Origin: Marsupella aquatica
Taxonomy: Eukaryota; Plantae; Marchantiophyta
NCBI GenBank assembly: GCA_973895155.1
Contig: OZ316892.1
Span: 30,931,802 to 30,995,801, forward strand
Length of the DNA stretch: 64,000 bases
Direction: 5' to 3'
This document shows positions 23,992 to 36,229 of this stretch, piece by piece. Numbering within the stretch: the stretch's first letter is position 1; each line of letters opens with the position of its first letter. The notes under the pieces are model-generated. The model was not told the origin of the DNA. It ran no database searches and was given only the letters and a program-made list of their open reading frames with translations. The position numbers and the translations under genes were made by a program.

Positions 23992-26046
23992 TGTCCTGAG
24001 GATAAGCAAAGAGGTGGGAAATGGCCTCAAGGGACACGCAGGGTGTATGGCTGCTTGAGATAGGAAACGGTTGCAAACAAGACAAAGTATCTACACTTGA
24101 TTGCACACAATCTCTTGCAACCCTCTAAGGTACACAAGTTCAAGCTTACATCAATGTGGTCAAGTTAAGGGTCACTCTTGGTTGTGGCTAAGACAAGTGG
24201 GACATCCAAAGGTATGCAAAACATCTCTATGCACCATTCAAACATCCAACTGTTGAAACATGGAAAACTACTTTTGAAAAGTGACCTAGGGTTGGTCAAC
24301 AAACTCCTTAACAAACATGGAATTGACCTTAGTCCCTTCCTCTAGTAGAACCACCAAGTACAATCCACAAACAACCCATTCCATCAATCAAAAATGCCTT
24401 CACTCTTTACTCTTGTAACTTCCCTCATGCATAATAACTAATTTCGAAAGTACCTTCATCCAACCCATCTACTTTCAAAAACACCTTCAAGCTCACAACA
24501 ACATTCGAAAATGGCATGAAGACATTCATTCTAACCATTCCATCACTCATAGCCAAAGCAAGGCATCAACACACATCTCAAAAACGAGGATACCTCTCCT
24601 CTAAATGCATAGCAAGAAGGCACATGTAGCATCATGGCCTCCAAGTAAAAACATGGGTCACAAGCAAGACCCTCCTAGCAAAAATGAATCATCACCAAGT
24701 CTAATCATCAACCAAGCATTCAAAATCCCTCCATAGCCTATCCAAGCTTCAAAACCCTAGTCTCCTTCTCTCATACTTCCTTCTACCAACCAAATCTACT
24801 TTCGAAGCTTCAAGTCAAGGAGTTTACAAGAGAGTAGGCCTTCTTAGTGAGCCATCTCTAATGCAGGACTCCCAAGCTTCAACAAGATTAGGTCTCATCT
24901 CCTCTAAGCTTTTGAAAATCTCCTACAAGTCCATTCTCCTCAAAACTTGAAGCAACAAACCTACATCCGAGTATGCCTTCTTGTGGGCAATCTCTCATGC
25001 AAGCTCCTTATACTTCCTACTCACATCCTACCTCCTTCCTAAGGCTTCGATTCAGCCTCTCCTACATTCGAAACCTCTCTCCAAATCCCTAGAAAAACCG
25101 TCACAAAACTCAATCTCTTCACATTCAAAGCTTCTACTCCATCTATCTCTTCACAAAATTGCCTCTACATCTCCTACCCTCAAAATCCTAAGGCCATGGC
25201 CAAGGAGGAGGGCTCCCCCTTCACTCATGCTCGAGCTCCCCTCAAGAGGTTCGCTCCTACAACTAAAAATGGGACTTAACACTCCAAAATGGCAAAACGA
25301 CAGCACTTCAGCAGCATCTAACTTCCGAACCCTTGGCCACTCGAACTTCCTCCTTTAGTACCCACGTGGGAAGGCCCAGGGCACCCACAAGCCCCTCCAC
25401 TTATGGTTTTAATCCTCGTTGAATCACAGCCCTCAATCTCACACCAATTAGATCAAACGGCCAAAAATGAGCCAAAAAACCCCTCCTTAGTAACTTGTAA
25501 ACCAAATGAGCTTCGACCTTTTTGAAAAAGCCACGACCTCCACCAAGCCCTAACTCACATCTCCACCTTCAATCCAAACCATTCATTAACCAAAACCAAG
25601 ATCCACCGTTGAAGTAGATACATTGAATCTGGTCCATTTAACACAAAAATCTGAATCTAGTCCAAATCTCACAAAACTGATGCACTTGGACCAAACCCTC
25701 TTACATGCCTTGAACCTGGTCACCTCCTCCATGTATTCAATGAACCTGGTCACCATGTTGCCAAAACCCTAAATACCTTGCTTGTTGAGCAAGCAACCTC
25801 CATTCCGCCAATCCGCCAAATGATAACTTAATCGCTGGTCACAAATGAAAAACATACCCCACAATAGTAACAAGGGTGGGTAGGCTTGACCTCATCCCTA
25901 CCTTGACCCTCATAACTCTACTTCCTCCTTCACCTTGGTCAAGTTAGCTCAAGTCAAGTCAACTTGCCCAAGTTAGAAGCAAAATAGGTTTCAACTTCCT
26001 TCACAAAACATGAGGATTCCTCCTTTAGGATGGAAACCTCATGACA
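23992..26046 (-). repeat. 3' LTR of F (~2.05 kb)
   Basis: Starts TGTCAT after a purine tract on the minus strand; 23992-24094 is repeated at 48922-49024. Confidence 0.72.
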
Positions 26047-26097
26047 TCCACCCTTACCAAACCTGAGCAGCCTCTGGCCTGCTCCACACTGCAAATG

Positions 26098-29000
26098 TCA
26101 ATCTCCATCATCACTATCACCCTTACCGTTAGATGAATCACTTTCATCACCCTCAAAATCATTCTCATCATCTAGCACAACACTAGTATCTTCCTCCAAA
26201 AAGGTGTCATCAACAAATTGATCTCTCCTTTTGAACAACTTGACCCTTTTCCCTGCATAGAGATGGGCATGGGGAACACCATCAAGCTCACGAACTCTGT
26301 ATGTAGCATTGTCCCTCACTTCCATCACAACAAATGGTCCACTCCACCTCAAGGCAAACTTTTTAAGAGTAGAGTGCTGGTTTATCAAGCTCTCATCCGA
26401 AATGAGAACCCAATCTCCTTCTTGAATCTGGATAGATCTAAGTCTCTTCTTCCTATCAAATCTCCCCTTACTCTCTTCTCTTGCCTCTTTCACTTTCTCC
26501 AAGGCCTCATCAATCTTACTTGGTGTTAAACTGAAATGTTCAATCCTTCTTGCTAGGAGTTCCTCTCTTGAAACCTCATCTTTCCACTCAATGGATCTCC
26601 AGCTGTGTACAGCCTCCTCGATAGACATCAAAGGTAGATGACCTGAGACCAACTCAGCTGGTGCAAAACCAGTAATTGAACTACATGTAATCCTATCTGC
26701 CATAAGTGCAAGTGGCAAAAAGTTAGGCCAAAGTGAAGCCCGACCTCTACAAGACTTAACTAAAGCACTCACTATAGGTGGGTGACCCCTCTCACTCTTC
26801 CCATTTCCCTCTGGATTGTAGGAAGTGGTCAGTTTAAGCTTAATGTGGTACTTAGCAAAGAACTGACGAGCCTCATCTGAGTTTAACTCACCCCTATTTG
26901 CCCTCATCTGATAAAAACAACCATGCCTGGATATTATATCCTCTAATACAAACCTACAAACAGGCTCGCTCTTGTTAGAAGCAAGAGCTCTACTCTCAAC
27001 ATAAGATGACAAATCCTCTCTGGCAAGCACCAAATACCTAGCTCCTCTAACCCCTCTTGGCATATGAACAATATCTAGCACCCACTGGAAATGCAAAGAC
27101 AATGGATGAGTGGGACTAAGACCATCCCTATGCTTGACCTTTGAGTAAAATTGACACACCTCACAACTCTCAACATAAGTCCTAACATCTACATAGATTC
27201 GAGGCCACCAATAGAATTGTCGAATCCGCTCATAGGTAGCTCGAACCCCTTTGTGGCCAGAAGCCTCAAAGTCATGGCACTCCTGCAAAACCTTCCGCCG
27301 TGTATCATCATCATCGACTATCCTCAAGGGTAAGTGTCCCCGCTTCTTTGGTCTCTTCCACAAGTATCCATCTCTAAGAAAAAAACCATAGGCTTTCTTC
27401 CTAATTCTCTCAAACTCCTCTCTACTCCACTCATTTTTCTTTTTCAAAGTGCTAAGGTACTCTCCAATCACTGCAAAATCTATGGAATACAACTCCTCCT
27501 TGAACTCCAACAGCTCAAACTCACTCTGAAATTTCTCCTTCCTCTTATGACTTGCAACACACACACACCTATCTACATTTACACATGACTCACACTCCTC
27601 AAACCTAGCTCTCGAAAGCATGTCTGCTACTGGATTGTTCTTACCCAAAATATGCTCTAATTCAGGATTGAACATGCAAATGAAAGCAATCCATCTTAGC
27701 ATGGCGATATCAGGGGTATCACAATTAGCAATCATACCGAGCAAAGGAAGGCAATCAGTTTGCAAAACTACATGTGCTCCTATCAAATAATCCTTCTCTT
27801 GTTTGAGGGCACATTTTGCTCCCCATAACTCTCTCTTGACCTGTGGATACCTACGATGCCTCTCATTGAATATCTTGGCACCAAACCTAGTAGCAAACAT
27901 CTGGCCATCTCCATCTTCTTGGCCAAGTACCCAGCCTACTGCCAAAGGACTAGAGTCAACAGTAAGAACAATTGGCCTTCCACAAGCATAGTCTGGTGGC
28001 CTCAAAACTGGTGGACTCATCAACGACTCCTTGAGCTTTGCCATAGCTCTCTCACACTCATCACTCCATCGAAACCTCACTTTCTCTCTAAGTAGCCCAT
28101 ACAATGGATCCGCTATGTGGGCAAAATGAGGGATCCACACACGGTAAAACACACATGCTCCTAAAAATCTCCTCACCTCACTCACACTCTCACATGCTCT
28201 CATCTCTTGGATGGCATCAACTTTAGCCTGGTTAGGCAACCGCCCATAAGGTCCACACCGCTGCCCAACCACTATGATCTCACGAAGTCCAAAGGCTGAC
28301 TTTTCTCCTGACAAGGTGATCCCAACCTCAATCAAATGCTTAAGGATTGATGTAACATCTTGAAGATGCTCCCAAACAAATTGTCGAAGCCCATCACTCC
28401 TTACACTCTCATCCTTTTCTTCCTCCTTGCATCCCTTGATGGGGATATCATCAAGAAATGGCCTAGTCTTTTCAGGAATGAATGCTTGGAGTATTTTGTT
28501 CATTGCATTCTGCATATGGGCAACAGAGTTAGTAGCACCTTGAGGTAAAGTGCACATCTTCAAAACTCCAAGAGGAGTCCTCATGGTGGTGATGTCACGA
28601 CTCCCTTCAGCCAACTGAAACTGGTCATAACCAGAGTACAAATCTCCAAAAGAGTAGATAGCTCTCCCTGCAAACTCCTCAGCAAACTCATCAACAATAG
28701 GTCCGGTTCCAACATTCCTAATGGTCACCTTGTTAGGTGGTTGCATGTCTTGAATAAATCTCATCTTACCATTTTTCTTCCTAACAGTAAACCAACGATT
28801 TGAATATGGAGCATCTGACCTCTCAAGGATCCTTGACTGAATTTTCTCTTTCAACAATTCAATAACCTTTGGGAGCAAGGCTCTACGTACAGGTAAAGGC
28901 TTAAGATCCCAAGGAATGTGAGGGACAGTAAAAATAATCATTGGAGCCACATCTCTAGGATTAACACATCCTATCTCATCCAACACAAATGAAAAAGCCT

Positions 29001-29610
29001 TTCCATGCACCCTTACCGTTTCACGAAAAGCTGAAATCTCTATATCAGTCAGTAGTCCATCATCACCTATTCTCAACTTGCTTAATGATTCCTCTGTGAA
29101 AACATGGCCAATACCTTTAGCTGGTCTCAAACAAGGCTCTTGACTTGCCTTCTCAATCATCTCTCTTGCCTCGGGTGGTAATGGTATAGCAGCAGGACGA
29201 ACCTTATGCTCCACAGTTTTGTACTTAGCGTGGACAGCCACATCAGGCCTTAAAAAACGTGTTAGCTCCAAATAGAACTCTCGACCAACCTCTATCTCAC
29301 TCTCACCCTTAACAATCTCACCCAAAATCTGTACAAAAGAAGGGTTATGGCCCTTCTCATCAAAAATGCCAAAAACTTGCTCATCATTTGGTAAGTCACC
29401 TAAGTAGTGCATTTGCTTCTCCCACTTACCCATCTTTTGGTTTTCCATAGTTGAGCATCCTTCCCTACTTAAAAACAAAACCTGGCTACACTTAGAAAAC
29501 CCACAAAAAGAATTAGCAAACAACTCATCAGTATTTACATCACAAGACGGAGAAATGAAACTGGCACCTTGCTCCTCCGACACGTCAAACAAGGCACCTA
29601 ATTGAAATTT
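26098..29610 (-). CDS. pol: Pol of F (RT-RNase H-integrase), entered by a -1 frameshift
   Basis: 1164-aa ORF: YSNRWFTVRKK, DLYSGYDQF, LPQGATNS, FLDDIPI, VDSSPLAVG, CEVC, YNPEGNG, WSGPF. Confidence 0.92.
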   Translation of the reverse strand, partial: KFQLGALFDVSEEQGASFISPSCDVNTDELFANSFCGFSKCSQVLFLSREGCSTMENQKMGKWEKQMHYLGDLPNDEQVFGIFDEKGHNPSFVQILGEIVKGESEIEVGREFYLELTRFLRPDVAVHAKYKTVEHKVRPAAIPLPPEAREMIEKASQEPCLRPAKGIGHVFTEESLSKLRIGDDGLLTDIEISAFRETVRVHGKAFSFVLDEIGCVNPRDVAPMIIFTVPHIPWDLKPLPVRRALLPKVIELLKEKIQSRILERSDAPYSNRWFTVRKKNGKMRFIQDMQPPNKVTIRNVGTGPIVDEFAEEFAGRAIYSFGDLYSGYDQFQLAEGSRDITTMRTPLGVLKMCTLPQGATNSVAHMQNAMNKILQAFIPEKTRPFLDDIPIKGCKEEEKDESVRSDGLRQFVWEHLQDVTSILKHLIEVGITLSGEKSAFGLREIIVVGQRCGPYGRLPNQAKVDAIQEMRACESVSEVRRFLGACVFYRVWIPHFAHIADPLYGLLREKVRFRWSDECERAMAKLKESLMSPPVLRPPDYACGRPIVLTVDSSPLAVGWVLGQEDGDGQMFATRFGAKIFNERHRRYPQVKRELWGAKCALKQEKDYLIGAHVVLQTDCLPLLGMIANCDTPDIAMLRWIAFICMFNPELEHILGKNNPVADMLSRARFEECESCVNVDRCVCVASHKRKEKFQSEFELLEFKEELYSIDFAVIGEYLSTLKKKNEWSREEFERIRKKAYGFFLRDGYLWKRPKKRGHLPLRIVDDDDTRRKVLQECHDFEASGHKGVRATYERIRQFYWWPRIYVDVRTYVESCEVCQFYSKVKHRDGLSPTHPLSLHFQWVLDIVHMPRGVRGARYLVLAREDLSSYVESRALASNKSEPVCRFVLEDIISRHGCFYQMRANRGELNSDEARQFFAKYHIKLKLTTSYNPEGNGKSERGHPPIVSALVKSCRGRASLWPNFLPLALMADRITCSSITGFAPAELVSGHLPLMSIEEAVHSWRSIEWKDEVSREELLARRIEHFSLTPSKIDEALEKVKEAREESKGRFDRKKRLRSIQIQEGDWVLISDESLINQHSTLKKFALRWSGPFVVMEVRDNATYRVRELDGVPHAHLYAGKRVKLFKRRDQFVDDTFLEEDTSVVLDDENDFEGDESDSSNGKGDSDDGD

Positions 29611-31326
29611 ATTTCAGACTCAGTCTCCCTCAACTCTCTCCTATGTCTCTTGTGGTTAGGGGAACAAGTAGGAAATTGCACAACCCTAAGGCCATCTCTA
29701 CTTCGAATCTTAGCAAAGTGAGTCCCATCATCCAAAACCTTGGTCTCCATCCTCATCTCAGTGATGAATGGCTGCCCTAAAATGACGCAATAAGGAAGGT
29801 TAATATGAACAAAAATATTCATGGGCTCAACAATGTTGCCAATCCTAGTTGTTACCCTAGGGCAAGCACCCCACAAGGCATTTTGATCCCTGTTAATGCC
29901 ATTCACACCCCACTCAATATCTCGATCAACAAAGAATTTTCCTTCCTCATAAACCCTCATAGACATCAAGTTAACCTCAGACCCTGAGTCAATCAAAGCT
30001 CTCAAGGTTCCCTCAACTCCTCTCACCTCAATCTCTACCTCAGTACAAGCTCTTGCCCAAAAGGATTCCATGAAGGACTTCCCTCCCCACCCTAAGGACT
30101 TGTTGACAATACTGAGGGTAGCATCATACACCCTAGTCCAATTGTAAGCACTATCACTCACAGGTTCAAAGTTCCTACTAATTGTAGGAAGCCCCTCATA
30201 CTCATCTTTTACTGGACAACTGTTTTTTTTACATTTTCTGGCAGAAACTATCCAAGCTTTTTCAGAACTTGAGAGGGGAGGCTCAATATTAGGAAAATAA
30301 CCATGAGTGGTTTCGACTTTGGTCTCTCTACCTTCAACTTTCAACTCATCCTTCTCACTCTCCCTCACCCTTTTAAGCCAATCTTTCTCTGCACAAGACA
30401 GGTTAGGAGCAAGTTCACAAGGATCCAAGTCACTCAAGTCCCTCTTTTTGCTAGTACATGGCATTGGCACTGTCTCCTCATCATTTTCAAGAAATTTCAT
30501 CCAATTACCATCCTCATCACTTTCACTTTCAGCTGATCCCTCCATGCTCTTGACTTTCAAACCCCTGCTACTGACTCCCAACTCATGGACTCGAGTAGGC
30601 AAAGTCCCTACCTCCCACACATTAGCATGGTAGGGAGACTTATCACTAGTCTCCTGGTCTTGATCCTTAACCTCACTTGACAAGGAAACAGGCCCTTCCT
30701 TGTACACTCTTTTCTTCCTAGCCTTGGCTAGGATAGCCTCTTGAATCTCTTTTCTCATCACTCCAAAGAGCTCCTCATTAGTGAACCCTCGTGCCTCCTG
30801 TTTCCAGAATTTCTGGGCAATGATATCAGGTTCAATTTCTCTCTCAACTTCTCTCCCTAGAACCCAACCTGGACTCTTTGAGGTTACCTTAGCATCCTCA
30901 TCCTTCAATTGGGGAGGGGGAAAACTCTCCTTCTCAATTGGCAAAGGTACATCTTCTGTAAACTGAACTTTCTTTTTGCCCTTTTCAGCAGCACTAAGCC
31001 TAGGGCTCTCTCGCCTCCTCTCTCCAACTTTTGCTTCCCAAGAAGCACCAACCTCAACAGCATAAGGTGAGATCAAGACAGGGTCATCCCAACCAGTTTT
31101 CTGACGAATGAAAGTAGCTAGTCTCTTTTTCTCAGCTTCACTAGGACCAGTAGAAGATGAAGGTTCAAGACCCAAGGTGTAAACCTCAGGCTCAAATGCA
31201 AGAGATACCATTTTTACCTCAGCTTCAGTCAAACGTTTCTCAACCAAGGCTTTCATCCCTCCTTTTCCATTGTTGAAAGGAATCTCCTCTCCTGACTCAA
31301 AATAGGCAAGTTTCCTCATGCCTGGC
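29598..31326 (-). CDS. gag: Gag C-terminal part and protease of F
   Basis: LIDSGSEVNLM and ILGQPF. Joins 46843-47871 across the B insertion as ...KYVGEP|GMRKLAYF. Confidence 0.85.
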
Positions 31327-34300
31327 TGTGATGCCTAGACAGGAATCACTCGGCCAGTTAAGTGGGTAAAGCAGGAAGGCACCCTAGGAACACCTTAGTA
31401 TAGGGACAAAACAAGGAAAATATAAACCATTAGGGGCAACCATGGAACCCGGGCCGAGGCCGGAGGTAAGGACGCTGAGGGTGAAAACTCGATTAGGGTT
31501 AGGGCGCGTTAAGCGTCGGCGGCTAGGAAGGATCAACGGGAAGAAGGACCGGCAGAGGAGAGGGGTAAGGAGCGCTTGCAGGAGATGGTGGCTCATTTGC
31601 GAGCACGAACTAGGCAGACGACTACGGGAGGTCAGCTGCTTAGGCAAGCACTCGGGGGGAGAGTAGATATCGACGATCAACCTAAGGAGGGTATGAGCAA
31701 CGTCAATCAAGCGGCACATTTTTGGGGATGCCTGTTCAAACGGGCAACTGAGTACATCAAGACTTACGAGGACGAGGAATCAGAAAGGGCAGCTCGAGAA
31801 CGGCAGGAGCTCGCTCGATTGTGGGAGCTGCGCAAGACGGCTTTCTTAGGAGGCGAACTCATCAAGGACGAGTTCCTGTGGACGCCTACCTCCAATCAAC
31901 TCGACGATCTTCTATTTTGCAAAGACAGCGTCGTCGGCATCCGAGAGGCCATCAAGAACTGCAATGACATACACTGGGAATTAAAGGGTAGCACGGAAAG
32001 GTGGACCCAGGCAACGGTGCTAGGAGAAACCTCCACAGCAGCAGAGATGAAAAGGAAGGGAGCCGTCAATGATGAAGCCACCCCGGCAAAAAGAACGAGG
32101 TCGGCGGTACCAAAGAAGCCAGCCGAGCAGCAGAGCAGGAGGCAGGGAGAAGCCGAAGAGGAGGAGGTCGATCCCATCAAGGCCATTCCAACCAGGGATG
32201 ACACCTGGAAGGGCTGGGCGGCAACCATACCGGTGGAAGTGCAACTACATTTTGCACGGGAGGAGGATGCATGCTTTACGGCAATGCAAACCAAGAAGTA
32301 TCAAGGCTTCATGGCCGGATCCGGCTTAGAGGCCTTTGTAAGATTACCATGGCTGAAGCCGGAGGTACCGGAGTCAGACCTATTAGAATTCGTGGGGTCA
32401 TGGGAACCCGAGACCAATTGCACGAGGATATATGGGAAGGATTTCTATCTTACTCCCAAGGTAATTGCCGAAGTGTTTGGCTTGCCGATAGGCAATAAGA
32501 CCAAAGTTGATACCAGGAAGACCTTGCCTGACAAGGAGTTCCGGTCGTTCCCCGGGCCATCAACGAAGAATGGTTTCTTCCGGAACACCTGCACCAACCC
32601 GCACATAGGAGAGATGATCGACTTCTTGCGGGTGACCATGCATTGTAACTTGCCGAGGGCAGAGATCGGCAAGGCACATGTCTATCTGGCAGAAAGGCCA
32701 GACCCAAGCCGGGACTACAACGGGTACCTCCTCAACCAATTGAAGAAGATCTTAAAGGAGGAGCAGCAGGTAATCGGCATGGGGAGCGTGTCGCGGCTTG
32801 GCTATCACATGCCGCTGTTGTGCCGGTATGCCAGAGGTCAGACTTTTGCCCCAGTACTTCCCCTGCAGGTAAGGGCACCCGAGGAAGCTCCAACGCCGAG
32901 GCCATTGGCTGAGAAGCCTCAACCACCTGTTAGCCCTACGATCGAGCAGGTGTTTAGACCCAGGAAGGAGGACTTGCCGATGCAGCAACCAGGCATGCAG
33001 AGTCTGCTGAAACTACTGGAGAAAGAAAAGAAATCGGCATCGGCAACAACAACGGCAACGGCAACAATGCAGGACACTACTACAGAGGTAGGCCTACACC
33101 GGCTCACAAGAGAAAACCCCTTTGCTGGAGACAAGGAGAGAATCAGGCCGGAATCCAAGCCAGGTGTTCGAATGTATGTGGGAATCTCAAGCTCCGAATC
33201 TGAGGCAGAATTGCCAGAAGCTCCTACCGACGAAGAGGAGAGGGAGAAGCCGGACGTCCAAGAAGTAGAGGAGGCAGTGGAGGACTGCAGCCATGATAAT
33301 TCCGGCTATGGGTCGGACCATCACGTTCCAGGAGTAAGGACCTGTGGCCGGTTTGTCCCCACACTTCCAAGGGTAGTGCGAGGGGACCCCAACCAGCAGA
33401 GTAGCCCTGAGTCTCCCCCACCAGATGTTGCTCCCCCGAGCTTCGACGGCATAAAACAGATGGTGCAGGAATTTCAGGAGCGAATCAGGAAGGAAGAGGA
33501 GGCAGCCCTGGCTAGGGAAAAGGATTTACCAGGAGGAGATTGGCCGGAGGACATCAGGCGGCTAGCCAAAAAAGAAAGCAAACCTCTAGCCACGATTGAA
33601 GAGATCCGCAAGACGGCTTGGGAGCAGAGGCCGCGATGGGCGATGCCGATCACTTCTACTTACTCCACCTACGCTAAGAATAGAGCCATGGAGTATGGTG
33701 AGATGTGTGGGGAACTTGCACTCGGCATCTTTGGAGAGGAGTTGGAGGTAGGACCCTTTTTTCATAGGGAGCAGTTGGAGAAGCACCAATTAGAAGAAGC
33801 GGTGGCTTTAGAGAGAAGCAAGAAGGACGAGGTCATTCGGCGGCTTAGGAGGATGGAAGCCGAGATTGAAGATCTAAGGGCGGCCAAGAAAGCCCAAGAT
33901 GAACTGCGGATTAAACGGCATGAGCTGAACATCATGCAGGGGCAGTTGGACACCGCGCAGGCTGAGAATCAGAATATCAAGGATAAACTGACTCAGACGC
34001 AGGGAGAGTTGGCCGACACGATCAAAGAGAGGGAGAAGTGGAAGCAAGAGCTGAAGAATACAGAGGAGGCCCACATAACAGCCAACAGCCGGGCCATGGC
34101 GGAGACCCAAAGAAAGGAATGGGCGTTGAAGGGGGAGCTCGAGAAAATCCACGGAGCCCTTGAGCAGAAGGAGGCCGAGTTAGGGAAATCCTATCAAGGG
34201 ATTATGGCGCTGCAGCAGGAGCTTGCGTCCCTGACGGCCAGCTTCAAGGCCGACCTAAGGGAGAAGGATGAGATGCTCGATCAGACTTACGCCAAGATGA

Positions 34301-35968
34301 ACCAGATGGAGTCTGTCATCATTGCAGAGCTCGACAAGGAGCTAAGAGCAACCCGGGAGGAGAGGACTACCTTGAAACAAGAACGGGAGGAAGCCCAGAA
34401 GGAACTAGAGGAGGCACGCAAGGACCTAGATGAGACCCAGGAGGAGTTGGAGGAAATCACGAGGAAGATGGAGAACCTCCAGCGGCGGGCCGACAACCAA
34501 ACAGAGCGGCTGAAGAAACAAGCCGCAGTATTTAAGTGCTTGTCTTCATCAGGCCCAACTCCAATTGGGGCAACCAAGTTACCAGGAGTGGTACTCGCCG
34601 AAGAAAAAGCCACGCCACCTGCACCAGTGCCGGAAGTAAGTGGGAAGGGGAAGGGACCAGCTGCCGAACCAGAAAAGAAGAAAAAGCGGAAACCTTCAGG
34701 GTCAAGGAGTAATCCGACTCCACAAGCCGTGATGACCAGGGAGGTAGAACCAGCACCATCCTCCGGCATGAATACGGCAATAGATCCCGCTATCATCACA
34801 GGTGGGGCTGGTGCGGCCCAAGCCGAACTACTCAGTAATGAGGCCGGTATTCCAGATCCGCCTCTTGAGCAGGCCGGGGAGACCATAGCCGAGGCTGAGG
34901 CCGTAACCGATTCCCGAGCCGATGCCGACGCCGATGGTGGACCCAGTCAGGCCGATGGAGAGTTGACTCAGTCAAGGGCAGGTAATCTGTCAGAGAATGA
35001 ACCTACGGCAGTGGCTGAGGAGGAAGCGTTGGGGGCGTCCATTAAGGATCCTCCACCGGTGTCGTGACGGTGCAAGGGCGCCGTTCCTTTTAGGGAGGGC
35101 GGACGTGGAGGGAGGAGGCATGAGTGGGCAGGGCGGGCGCTGATCTCCAAGTTTAGGATTAGGATCAGGACCAGGAGCGGCCCTGACACTTAGCTTAGTG
35201 GGATTGCGGTTCCACTGGTAGGAGCAACACTTGTGCTCCTGCCTCGCTGTACATAGGTAGATTACGGTCAGGTTAGATTAGGCTTACGCTGCAAGGAATT
35301 GGGCGGATCCACTGCCAGGATAAGTACCTGGGCAGCGGGGAGCTCAGGGCCTCTTCTTTAGCAAGTTTTTAGTTTGCACCAGCCGGGCTGGGATCAAGTA
35401 GTACGAGAAGCTCTCGGTTAGTCATACAGTGACCCTTGTGTATATTCATGTTTCCTCATGCCTAAGAGCTGAATAGAGTTGGTCTCACGGCTTAGTTCGC
35501 AGAGCTTGTGTATGAGATGTACTGTTTGTATGGCAAGTGCATGGTATGACTCAGTCAGAATGAGTCATTTTGCTATTTGTGTGTCGCATTAACTTGTGTG
35601 AAGAGTGCCCACATCAACCAAAAGGAAGGAAAGTAAGCAGGGGAGTGAGAGTTGGATGTGTCGAGCTGAGAGAGGTGTCAGCGGCTTAACCAAGCCTATT
35701 GGGGATCATTCCGACGGCGGAATCCAAACATACCTAACAAGACGGAGGGGAAGACAGGGGAAGGCCTAGATTAGGCCGGCTACGTATCTCATGACCCGAT
35801 GAAGGATCTGTCCAGTATATGTGTGTAAAATGTTAACAGTAGTAGTAGAAGGTTAGCAGCGTCCCATGCCACTAAGCCGCGGAAACGGCCTCGCCAAGCG
35901 CGAAACCTACGGGAATCAGCTTGAGCTGGGGGGTTTCTTGGGTTTAGGGAGCCATGGGACGCACCACA
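31327..35968 (+). repeat. 5' LTR of B (4642 bp)
   Basis: About 99% identical to 42192-46842 by eye (roughly 45-50 substitutions, one 10-bp and one 1-bp indel). Confidence 0.97.
31442..35067 (+). pseudogene. LTR-encoded accessory protein, 5' LTR copy (10-bp deletion frameshift near 31630, otherwise open)
   Basis: ATG 31442 (aaccATGG) plus the 1163-codon ORF 31576-35067: conserved domain, acidic/Pro-rich linker, long coiled coil, basic KKKKRK motif. Confidence 0.85.
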
Positions 35969-35972
35969 TTTT

Positions 35973-35990
35973 TGGCGCTAGATGGAGGGG
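35973..35990 (+). promoter_or_regulatory. PBS of B
   Basis: TGGCGCTAGATGGAGGGG 4 nt after the LTR end; the primer tRNA was not identified. Confidence 0.75.
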
Positions 35991-36229
35991 GCATTTCTTA
36001 AGCCGTGAGATATGAAGTTAGAACGGAAGCGTAGGTAATGACTGACCTTACGCCGAGGGAAGAAAGAGTGATTCAACGGGAGAGAGCTCGACTGCAGCAG
36101 CTCGCCGGGTGGCATGATACACAATGACTGAGAGGGGCAGAAAGAGCTGGTAGCTCCGAAATTGGAAGTGGCGTCGAAGAAGACATACCAGAAGAAGAGT
36201 CGGTAAGGAGAAGTGAGTCTCCAACCGAC

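Noticed and set aside
24540-25360. Possible ORF inside the F LTR
   Set aside because: The minus strand looks weakly coding-like but has many stops; the plus ORF 24981-25358 is compositional; no shared motif.
31421-31426. TATAAA as the promoter of the LTR ORF
   Set aside because: Only about 15 nt upstream of the ATG, too close for a normal TATA-to-start spacing.
33700-34520. Myosin-, SMC- or env-like annotation of the LTR ORF
   Set aside because: Only generic coiled-coil composition; no ATPase motif, signal peptide or transmembrane helix seen.
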